64,000 bases of DNA from Lingula anatina (taxonomy: Eukaryota > Animalia > Brachiopoda), in the NCBI GenBank assembly GCA_051362555.1, contig CM120646.1, forward strand, positions 16,864,001-16,928,000, in the 5' to 3' direction. The position numbers and the translations under genes were made by a program. The notes beneath the pieces were generated by a model, which searched no databases, was not told where the DNA came from, and saw only the letters and a list, made by a program, of their open reading frames with translations. Below are positions 13,963 through 24,858 of the stretch, one piece after another (within the stretch, counting starts at the first letter, position 1; every line of letters starts with the position of its first letter).

Positions 13963-14850
13963 AATCTTGCAATACATAAGAATAACCATGAACGAATATT
14001 TTACTGTGACATATATGTCAGTAACAGCACTTTTAGACAACTAATATTTTGTCTCTACTTCATGCCATATTTATATTGTATTCGTGTAGACCGTGCATAA
14101 ATACACTTACCTTTCGGAAAACCTGAGCTTTCACTGCAGTCTTCAAATACCTATAATAGTCAAAGGAAGAAGGAAATATCACACTTACCACACTTATCAA
14201 AATTAAATAGAAGTCCGAAAAATAGAAATTAAGAATTAGATAGAAATTAAACTGCTAACTATTCGCAAATGCTTCGTATTATACGTCTGGGTATCCAGCG
14301 TGTACATGTAGTTATGTATTATAACCATATCTAAAATGTTTTTATTACGGTTCAAATGATCAAAACAAAAGCATATAATACCTTGGCATAATACTTAAAT
14401 CCTGTGTCAGAAATTGAGCTGTTTGCAAACCCATTCGTGTCTCCTCTGTAAGCAGTACATTCGATAAATCTGGTAGTCGTATTTCTGACGTGAAAGTATT
14501 GGCAGTATTCATAAAGGAGACAGAGTAACGCACATCTCACGTTGCTTTCTACAGTGAACTGCTGAATCACATTCTCAGAGGATACGATTCCATATGTTAT
14601 GGATACAAAATGCGTTAAACTTTCTTGCAACACCCATTGTCTGCTTACATTTGCGAAGCTACCTATAAAAGAAATTATGTTTACAATTTTTCACGACTTA
14701 CATGTACTTGCCTTTATCAACACTTGGATCAGTTAACCATCTGAAACAAAACATAATTTTCAGCCAACATCAAGGAACTTCTTTCAAACAGTAAAAAAGA
14801 AAATAATTACATAAAGCAGCAGAAAAGAGGAATGTCTTCCAATTTTCCAT
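12876..14850 (-). CDS. PAN/apple + fibrinogen-related domain secreted protein, copy 4 (~325 aa)
   Basis: Exons 14850-14811, 14662-14382, 14150-14111 and 13492-12876; GT-AG junctions and an open frame. Confidence 0.92.
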
Positions 14851-15655
14851 TTGCGTAGTAGAAATATGTCTTCCAAGTCAAAACCCTGGACCTCAAATCA
14901 AATCTACTGATGTTAAACGATGGTGGCAAGCTTTCTCTAATCTACAGGACGAAGGTAGAAAAATGAAATTCAGTTGACGCACATCAAAGTGAAAGTTTGC
15001 ATGCAGTATCCCAATTCGATATCATATTTTTGGACGTCTAGCCTACGCATTCTAAAATTAACATTAGATTTAAATTTCAAAGCTTAGTAAACTAGTGAAC
15101 AATATTCTTTGTTTACAGACGGAAAGGTCTCACTTCCATAACTCGAGAATTGCGTCTATTCAGTGTCAACTGTGTGTAGATTGATTACATAAAAAGACCT
15201 TGCACATACAACAGTATTACATCAATATTTTTTTAATTGATTGCTTTAGATGTTCCACGTAATTGCTTCCCTATAGGATCTGTACCTCGAATGATAAGTA
15301 ATTATAAATGACATTATCCAGTCGCCTTTATTGCCAAGATGGCTTACTTAGGAAACACAATAAGGAAACACAGGACACTTTAACTATGCGCTATCCATAA
15401 AAAAAGTTAAATTAACCATTTCTCTGGTAACTGTCGTACATCCACCAACCCTCTCGCTCACATGCTGGAGGAAAATCTCAGGCACGTACAGGCGTTGACA
15501 TACAACTGACACGCACAGACCACTACAGAGACACACACTGTATACTAACGATGCCTTTGAATAGTACATTTTTACGTTTATTTATATATACACATGTTAC
15601 AAACAGACAATTGATTCCGAAACAATATGTATTGCTGTCTTGGCGGTTCTTTGTC

Positions 15656-15658
<3 letters not shown>

Positions 15659-15697
<39 letters not shown>
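15659..15697. repeat. (TA)n microsatellite
   Basis: Direct reading; expanded relative to the paralogous site at ~11493. Confidence 0.95.
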
Positions 15698-15700
<3 letters not shown>

Positions 15701-17729
15701 CGTCAGTCATATTCACGTTTGCAAAGTTGTTTTTTAAATAAAACATCAAAAGTCTTTTTCAAGACAACGTGAAATTATCGGTTTCAAATAGAAAGAAATA
15801 TTTACGTAAAACGACAGAGAAAAACATCTTCGAAAATCCCATACTCATTTTCAACTAAAGTTTTCAATCCCATAAACCTTGTAAAATGGTGAATTTGAAA
15901 TGACGCTACATATTGCACTGAAATACTTGACAACAACGGGGTGGAAGTTTTCCAATTGTCCTATTCAACATAAATCCTTGACGGCTACAAAATACTCGCA
16001 AACATCGTTTACTTATGTTGCATAAATTAAAGCCCTTACAAAGAGATGGGTATGTCAATATTTTTTCCTTTCGGAAGGAAACCTTTATTTCACTCACCTT
16101 AAATAGTGTTCTTTTGCTTATGAATAAATCATGGTGTGGCCTGCCTTATGATCGATTAAGTAACTATGTTATTGTATACGAAGGCTATCATCAATATCTA
16201 TATTGGTTGCCTCAAGTGTTTCTTCCGAAAACCTTTTATAAATTGTAATTAAGCGTTCATAAAAGGTTTTCTTAATGCTTCTGGAAGCGTTACTTGCAAT
16301 ATACAAACCAGTGCTAGCTTGTCACGCTCATGTCTACAAATTATCAAAACCCTTTTGTTTTTTATGTATTGATATATGGTTAAAATATTCCTTTCAACAA
16401 TTAACCGTGGCGTGTTATATATTGAGGAAAAGAAATGATGGAGACAAAGAAGTCATCAAACTGTCGTATTATAACAAAGCAGTTATACCCAAATCTCGCT
16501 TAGCAATGAGTGGAGAACCACCAAAACAACGCCATCGGCATTACATGACGTCATACGAGTTCAGAAAAGGTGACAGATTCTTTTGTAGCGATAAAGGTTT
16601 AACTCAGTGCGTCGGGAATGTCGTCTTTATAAGCAATGCAAAAGTAAAACCCAAAACATGGCGTATTCGTACTGTTGGCCAATAAACTGTAATCCGACAG
16701 AATTAAAGAGAAAACAACCAGGAAAATATCATGGTGTGACCCGTCTCGCCTGCCCTATGATCAATTAAGTAACTAAACGCGTGTACGCGAATACATATAT
16801 AATAATAAACGAAGGCCATCATCGATATCGTCATTGGTTACTTTTAGTGTCTCCTTTCAAAACCATTTATTCAAAAACAAAATTTAATGTAGATATTTTT
16901 TAAAGCTGAGATTTAGTAATTCTGCTTGTATCACTCGGCATTTTGATAGAAATGAGCTTAAATACTGCTTCGCTTGTGAATAAATTAATCTCGAATAACT
17001 GGACGGTTTAATACATGCAAAACCCGTCTACAAAAAACAGCGAATGACTCTTATCATAGACTATACTGTCTTCTAGAGCGGCAAACTTTCAAATATTGTC
17101 AGCTATATGAATGAAGTAGTTAGCTTACATGTATTTTGGCAATGGAATGATCTAAAGAAGTTATACTTATTTAAGTGTATACAATTACAATTTATGTAAA
17201 ACTGTAGTTTAGAGAGCTTGTAAAATGTAAATGTACACATTTTAATGCTCAATAAAATTATTATTATTATTATTATAAATATTCTCTACGAGTGTCAGAG
17301 ACTTAACTCGTGGCTCCTACCGGTAGAATCAGCTTAGTGTCTGCATACATGACAGCTTTCACTGCCATCATACAACAATGTAGCATAAACGCAATTAACC
17401 TTGTCTACATAGCATTCTGCATATGGCTGCTGCAGGGCTCTTTTTCGTGCACCTTTAAGAATCGACATAAGTCATATATACAAATACATGTAGGTTCACG
17501 TTCTTAAACATAGCGGAATATGTAAGTAGGCACCAAAACAATACATGTGCCAAGCACCCTTGTCCTTGTTAGGCAGGCACTCTCCGTTTGGCATGAATCA
17601 TTTCTCAACCGCCTACATAAAATCGTGTCGAAATGTTTGGCATGCATGTCATCATTGCAAGGTCAGGTATTTCAAAAATTTTAAAATACATAGTTAGTGG
17701 ACGTTGCCATTTACTCTCTCTTTCTCTCT

Positions 17730-19488
17730 TTATCCAGCTGCCTTGATTTTCATTGTTCCTTGTTTCAGCAGGCAACCAGTATCACAATTAACACCCGTAA
17801 TCCCGGCATATTTGAAGCATCGGGCTGGGAAGGTGGTACATGTCGGATCATCAGGGTACCATGCAGTAAGGACGGCGTCTGCACAGTGGTAAAACCACCA
17901 TCCACCTTGGTACAAAATTGCACAGTTTTGTCCACTGCGGTCATTGTCTCTGTCGTGTGTGGTAAACTGATGGTCGTAATGCTTTATCATGCTATCTTCA
18001 GATACGTTGCCAACGAAGCTAGTATCGTTTAGATATAATGTGTAGTTGTCACTTTCAGGGGACAAATAAAAGTTATCGTACTCAACCCAGTAGGAGTTGT
18101 TGTCATAGGAATCGAGTTCAAATCTTAGTTTGTACTTTTTATTGTAGGTCATAAGGTGGACAATCTCATTTCCAAGCCAGTGGTCACCAGAAATGTCTCC
18201 AAATCCATCTCGGTACTCTGCCCAAGTACGGTGAAATGACAGCTCAGGTCCAGTACGTCTGTGGGTTACAGTCCAGCCATCTTCACACCACATAAAACGA
18301 ACTTTACCATGGTCGGAATCAGGGTCTCTGATCGCTGTCACACCTTGAAAAATATATATGACATAATGATATTCGTAATTGTCCTACACAGGCTCCCTGC
18401 ATTACAGGACCAATTCCTGTCAGCTTTTTTATTTTTTAAATATCCACATGTTTGCCCGTTTGGACACATTTGACAGAAGTTAAAAACGTTCATTTTGGCT
18501 TTGCCATGCAACTGACTTTTTAGCTTTATAAGATGGCAACAAATATGTTTTAGGGCATAAATATTTATATTATCTCCAACACGCCATATCGTATTGCACA
18601 CCGTTACCTACCTTTAGGATAATCTGACTTGTCACTGCAGTTTGCAAACACCTATCAAAAAAAAGAAAAAAACACACACTTACCACGTCATCGAATATGA
18701 TACAGGTAGTTGTATAATTACAGTGAATGCAGATCAAAAGACCTTTGATGCACAGGCGAAACACATTTCACATCTGTTCTAAGCGTTGAGGCTTTGTTAT
18801 ATATTCTTCAATTCTTCAAACATATACTGTCACGTCAAAAGCCTTAACTTAAGATATATTACAGCAAATGGAAAGAAAGATAGATACAAAGATAGTTAGG
18901 TAGATATGCGTTACATGCAAAGTTAAAAATGTTTTATGTGACCAAAACAAAATGATGAAATACCTTAGCATAATACTTCATTCCTGTCTCAGAAATTGAG
19001 CTGTTTGGAAAAGTATTCGTTTCTCCTCTGTAAGTAACGCATTCGATAAATCTGGTAGTCGTATTTCTGACGTGAAAGTATTGGCAGTATTCATCGCGGA
19101 GACAGAGTAACGCACACCTCACGTTGCTTTCTACAGTAAACTGCTGAATCTCATTCTCAGGAGATACGATCCCAGACGATGTGGGCATAAACTGGGTAAA
19201 ACTTTCCTGCAATGCCGTTTGGTTGCTTTCGCGCGTGAGGCTACCTGTAATTAAATGGTGTTTAGATTTCTACAGTCTTTTTTATCTTATAAATCAAATG
19301 CTCATACCAACATTTAGATCGACTTATAACTTGACGCTCCAATTCAGAATGTTTTTATTTACAAAGACATGTATATTTAAACAAAATATATAATGTCTCT
19401 TTCAAGTCAACTTTAAATTATCGCTTTCTAATGGAAAAAAATATTTACCTAAAACGACAGAAAAAAGAAACATCTCCGAAAATCCCAT
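17730..19488 (-). CDS. PAN/apple + fibrinogen-related domain secreted protein, copy 5 (~324 aa)
   Basis: Exons 19488-19449 (MGFSEMFLFSVVLG), 19244-18964 (PAN), 18651-18612 (VFANCSDKSDYPKG) and 18343-17730 (FBG, ends MKIKAAG*). Confidence 0.92.
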
Positions 19489-20319
19489 CTTCATTTTCAA
19501 TTTACATCTTCCAACCCGTAAACTTTATAAAATATCGCAATAAAATACTTGACAGACTGACAAAGATATGCAGTAGACTCGTAACGTATGTGGGAACAAA
19601 TACCCGTGCGTTCTCGGAGTGGAATTTTGCTAAATGTTCAGTTCGACAAGACGACTAGACTACACACACAAAACACTCATAAACAGCATTTTTTACAATG
19701 TTACATAAACTTGAATCCTTACAAAGAGAGGGGATGTCAATATATTTTTTCTTTTTAGAAGGAAACTGTGAATCCATTCAACTTAAGTAGTGCTTTCTTT
19801 TGCTTACGAATTATTAATGGTGTGTCCCACCTCACCTGTCTTATGATCAATTAACTAAACGTGTGTACGCGTATGCATTTATCATTATATTTAAAAGCCA
19901 ATATCGATGTCTTTATTCTTTTCTCCGACAAACCATTATAAAGTGCTATGAAGCGATCATTAAATGCTTTCTTAATGTTTCTAGAACTTATAAATCTTAA
20001 GTACACCAATTAACAAAACGTGCTCTTACATTACTTAATTTATTAATAATATGGTGAAAATATCCTTCTAATCCTTACAGAAATTTCCTTTATGTCCTAT
20101 ACATCTTGTAGAATCCTACAGGACGTGTTATATCGAATTCCCATGGGACGCAAGGTAGAATTCCTATAGATCCTATAGAGTTCCACAGACTCCTATAGGA
20201 CGTCATATACATGTGTAGTCATACCGTGGCGTACCTGCATTATCTGTTCTGGAAAAACAATGATTGATATACAGAAAGTATATCTGTTGTATGCCGTACA
20301 CCTTAATCTTACCAGATAA

Positions 20320-21900
20320 AAAATGATAATGTACATGATACTTTTTTTTCATTTTTTAGTTTGTAAATTTCGTTCTCTTTCAAATAACCAGACCAGTCTG
20401 CAACCACGTGCCCACAGGCATTTCAAGTCTGACTGGCGCCTATTCTTTTTCCTCTTCATATCATGATGTTATATATGTGACAAAATAAAGACATGTGTAT
20501 GATTATTTTCCCAGTACAGGGTTGGCAAAAGTGAGAAGTCTAGAAATGGCATGAAAATAATTACACCTGCTAAAAGTTCATTGACAGCCGAGTGTGCTTC
20601 TAACCACGTGACATTTTTACCAGATCTTTTGATCTTAACACAATTGGGAATAAATAGAATAAGATCAGAGAAAATGTCAGCGTAACGAGCGTTTAGCACA
20701 TCGTCGTTAAGCTGCATACACAAAGGCACTTGACCGAGTGCAGAATTCATTTTTTCCGTCAGGACAAAAATTAGGATCGTGCTGGAGAAAAGTGAATATA
20801 ATTTATCTGCGGCCCCGGAGGCAGGTAGTACAAATAATGGTTACATTATGAAGAAATAAAAAAAGCGTTTCTCTACAATGAACATTCCCCGGTTGTAGTG
20901 CCAGCATTCACAAGACTTAGAGCTTCGGATGGTGTTATCTACAACGAAGGATAGGCTACTCGTGACTTACTCATTTTGCGAGAGATATTTGCAAACCACG
21001 CCGTCGTATATAGGACACTAAAACTGTTTAGACACAGACGACCGCTGGTTTTTCTACGTATTTTATTCTTCGCCAGAAAATGTTAAAATTTATTTTAGCG
21101 GCCGTGTTGCTGTTAGCATGTCTAAGAGAGGGGTATGGGGCTTGTGGGATCGCTCCACTTAAGACGCTCACCACACGTAAGTCCAATAAGTTACATAAGA
21201 CATAGATTTTGCGTAATTAAGTAATTACCAAATGCAACTCTTTTTAGTTTGTGCTTATCTTATCGTACACTTCCACGAGCAAATATAGACTTTTATGTTG
21301 CTCTTAATACGTGTCTTGGTATATGTATACAGTGCATATACTGCGTATAAGGTTTAAGTAGTATTACGAGCATTTACCAGTGCATGCAAACAATTTGTCA
21401 ATCCATTTGTCTTTTGTGTTTTTTTTTTTTTGTATTTATCTTTAAATGACCACACAAATGATCATATTCTATTTTGAACGTGTTTGTTATTCTGCAGTAC
21501 CATCTTCGGATCTGTGTTCAAAACGAAAATTGTAAGAATGCATTTCATCATCAAATACTGACAGAAGACTTTTCCGTTTTAATTTCCGTACGAATTCGAC
21601 CAGGAACGAGAAGTTGGCCGTGATGACGAAAGGAATCATTTTCAAATATTTCTTTTTACTTTTTTCTCTGTCACACCAGCCTTGGGACAGACTGTAGAGT
21701 ACTGTGAGTGGGAAGGAAAGAAGATTGGCGTTGGAAGCAGTATTCGTCTGGTATCAGCCGGGGCGTGCTCCAGTGTCTCTTGCACAAAACATGGCATGCA
21801 GTTCTGTGGGTAGGTTGACAAGGGCGCGAACAGAAGCAACAGGCGGGTCTGTAGGACTCATATATTGTAAACACCAAAATTAAATTTAATTTTGAAATTT
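20320..21900. repeat. segmental duplicate of ~29100-30670 (upstream region and 5' half of the MSP-like gene)
   Basis: Collinear similarity from aaaaatgataatgta (20318 / 29101) through exon 2 to aacaccaaaattaaattt. Confidence 0.85.
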
Positions 21901-22919
21901 CGGCAGACTTCCGACAAACAATGGTGCATTTTCCCTTTCTTTTATTTGTAGTTAAAAAAGAAGTTAGAATATTATATAGCGTAACCATACTGTAGACCCT
22001 AGGCCAATGTAAAGTGAGTGTGAGTGTGAAGAATTAAGTTGGCCTGACACTAAGGCTGGCGAGTCCTGTGTTCTTTTAGCCATGCCCGAAACTCGTTTAT
22101 CTTAATCATCCCTTGGGAAATGTCAGCTGCTTCAGGGCCCACAATATTATAATATAGGATCAGACAGGGTCAAACACAACTCTTGAAATGAACGAGCTCG
22201 TTGTTAGTTTTGTGTATATTCATTATATACCTTTTTGTTTCATAATTAAGTCTTGTAAATTCCAGTTCATAACGTTGAACACCTAACGGAAATTACAAAC
22301 ATCTGGAAAAAGAGATTCTTTTTCGTTAAAATTAGAATTTTCCTTAAAAGCTGGTTCCCAATCGCATAGCACAAGGAGTTGTTAACCGCAGGGGCGGATC
22401 CAGAATTATTTGAAGGGGGAGGGGCGTGGATGCGAAGCCCCCCCCCCCCCCCCCCCCTTGGCAGGGTTGTATTAAGAATTGGTATTTTAGAGGGCGAACG
22501 GTGCATTTTGGTACAGTTTAGAACTGCATGTATGATTCCACCAATCAAAATTCTAATTTCAAGAGGGGACCATTGGTGTGATTTTTTGTCAGAAATCGAA
22601 GAGGAGGGGGGGGGGGTCAGGACCACCCTGACACATCCTAAATCCGTTACTGTTTTTAATAAATAACAATGTACTGTCTCTATGATATATCGGTACTGTT
22701 GATTATTTTATGTATATGCCTCTTAAGTTTACAAGTCACACATCCATGTCGACTTCACATATTTTTTCCAGGGGAGGGGTATATTTTGGCTTGACAGACG
22801 ATTGTGAAGCCACTTACGACGCCTGTAATTTGGTCTACGTGAAGAAAGATAATCCTCTGGAAGTTTGCAAAACTTCCCCCTGGAAACCATCAATGACGCC
22901 ATCTATCGGAAGGAAATAA
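21080..22919 (+). CDS. beta-microseminoprotein (PSP94/MSMB)-like secreted protein A, 124 aa
   Basis: Exons 21080-21176, 21680-21809 and 22772-22919 (GT-AG, phases 1 and 2) give MLKFILAAVLLLACLREGYG-ACGIAPLKTLTTPLGQTVEYCEWEGKKIGVGSSIRLVSAGACSSVSCTKHGMQFCGGGVYFGLTDDCEATYDACNLVYVKKDNPLEVCKTSPWKPSMTPSIGRK. Signal peptide, Cys at mature position 2 and a VKKDNP..C motif resembling MSMB VEKKDPKKTC. Confidence 0.82.
22389..22652 (+). mobile_element. ~265-bp MITE (CAGGGGCGGATCCAG...CTAAATCCGTTACTG ends, hAT-like) in intron 2 of MSP-like A
   Basis: Imperfect terminal inverted repeats; absent at the paralogous site (~26650); family members at 27050-27274 and 32595-32865. Confidence 0.75.
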
Positions 22920-23758
22920 ACAGCCGTTTAATTAATAAATAAGCAATAGTTACATGTACAATCTAATAACCATGTTATCTTCTAGCCGCATTATAGAACA
23001 TTTTTGGGTTTAAATCAACATTAGAGCGATAAAAAGGATGCATCGATTCTGCCTTTTGCTACTGTACACATCCCAACTTAGCGGCTTTCAAAACACTACA
23101 GATGCTTGTTACAAACATGTAATAATTAACGCCAAACCTTTCCTTGTATTTTGTGTAAAAAGGGCATGTTATTTCTGGAAGATAAATTTTTGAACGGGTA
23201 TACCTTAAAGCGTGTTGTGTTGGTTTGTTATCTGTTGAAAATCATCGTCACATTGATGAAATTTCAAGACTACACGTATGACCGAATAACCGGTATGATG
23301 TAAAAAGATTAAATAAACTACATGTAAACATGACGATATTCTTTTAGTCGGTTTCCGATGTCAGGTCCCCAATGATAATCTGCTTTCGATTCATTTGTAC
23401 AGGTAAGCCTCACCGTAGATTTTGACCCACTTGGTCAGACTAACCCTAACCATTGTAACTAAATGGAAGGCGGACTAAAGACATCGGTCTAAATTTACAT
23501 GTACCTAAAAAGCGCTTCCGGTGTAACGACACTGAGGGTCCGTGTAACAGTAAGTCTGCCCAACATTTAATTATAATGGTTAGCTTACTTTTAATAAAAA
23601 TGAGAAATTGGCCTATATATTGAGAATGAATGTCAGTGCCATTAAACAGTAACTGATACTATAGTTACTTTGCAATTCATATATGTGGTTTGATATACCG
23701 GTATACTGCAGTACGTCGTATTTAACCATCTGAAAACTTGTCACAATGTTGAAAAAAA

Positions 23759-23761
<3 letters not shown>

Positions 23762-23793
<32 letters not shown>
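23762..23793. repeat. (TA)n microsatellite
   Basis: Direct reading. Confidence 0.95.
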
Positions 23794-23796
<3 letters not shown>

Positions 23797-24858
23797 CACC
23801 TCGATCTTAGTCCTTTGGTAGTTGCCAGTTGTTAGTTGCGCTCTACTTCCTGCTTTTAACATTGTCCTTTTCGGACTCTAAAACATTGTTATAATTGCAG
23901 CACTTACCTTAAAACACCAAACAATAATTAAATATGAGCATATCAGATTGCATGTATGTAAAAATTGCACGTAACGATTTACAGCCTCCCCCGTTACGTC
24001 ATTTGTCGCGCTGTCGGTCGATTCAGCAAGTTATTGGAAAACAAATCGACTGAAAATAAGCATAATTTTACAACTTTATGCTTCGTGACACGTTTTCATA
24101 TCATATACCCCATATTTTTACAAGTTTTCTCTGCTCAAAATGCCGAAAGACAAAAACAGTCTCTTACCATGCCGTCAGAAAATCCGATTCAACATTGCAC
24201 TCGCGGCTCCACTCGCGTGTACTTCCAGATAAAATTTTTGACCAGACAGTTCTTTAAAAAGTTAATTAATATGGTATATATACATTAATTGTTAAATTGT
24301 AATTTCACAGACAATACTTTCCTACCGTCAAATTTTCGGCTCTATTCCTGATATCCAATAAGACAGAATTTTCAACTAAAGCTGTAATTAAGTCCTATGT
24401 TTCTTTTCTGTAAGTTTGAGAAGAGTAAGTGACGTGGTTTTCCTTTCATGGTCACTGTGGAGGCAGTGCCCAAAATAGGGTTGTCTTCAATTTTGATGCA
24501 ATATTACATACTGCTTAACAGCATAATCACCACTGATCTTTAATAACAAAATATATGTATGATGGATATTCAGAAAATAACGTCCCTCCTCCTAGCATAG
24601 ATTAGAGAAAAGATGGTGATAGTACGAGTACATTGGAAACAAGAGGAGGCGTTTTTATCTGTTAATCTGATTGCATACAGCGACAGTCCACGTGGATTTG
24701 GATCAATCTCCGTAGGACGATTTTTTTCATTGGGAATAAGTCCTTATTCATCTTGCGAGAGAAATATCTGCAAGCCACGCCGCTCGATATAAGACATTAC
24801 AACTGTGTAGACACAGACGGCCGTTGGTTTTACTTCGTATTTTACACTGCGCCAGAAA

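Larger units (their letters stand above)
7300..16800. repeat. tandem segmental duplication, ~4.2-kb unit (about 2.25 copies) carrying PAN-FBG copies 3 and 4
   Basis: 7381-9030 is nearly identical to 11641-13290 (offset 4260; identical ORF-track entries). A third, more diverged partial unit lies at ~15750-16800. Confidence 0.92.

Noticed and set aside
21498-21531. 34-nt cag...gtaag segment in intron 1 of MSP-like A that looks like an extra exon (YHLRICVQNEN)
   Set aside because: Including it shifts the frame between the flanking exons; the donor is lost in B and the segment is largely deleted in C.
21623-21697. ATG plus hydrophobic stretch just before MSP exon 2 as an alternative signal peptide
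   Set aside because: Out of frame with the Cys-rich exon, stops early in all copies, and is simply the polypyrimidine tract.
21680-22919. SVWC/Vago or defensin assignment for the small Cys-rich proteins
   Set aside because: No YPxCC terminus or defensin spacing; Cys2, the spacings and VKKDNP..C fit beta-MSP better.
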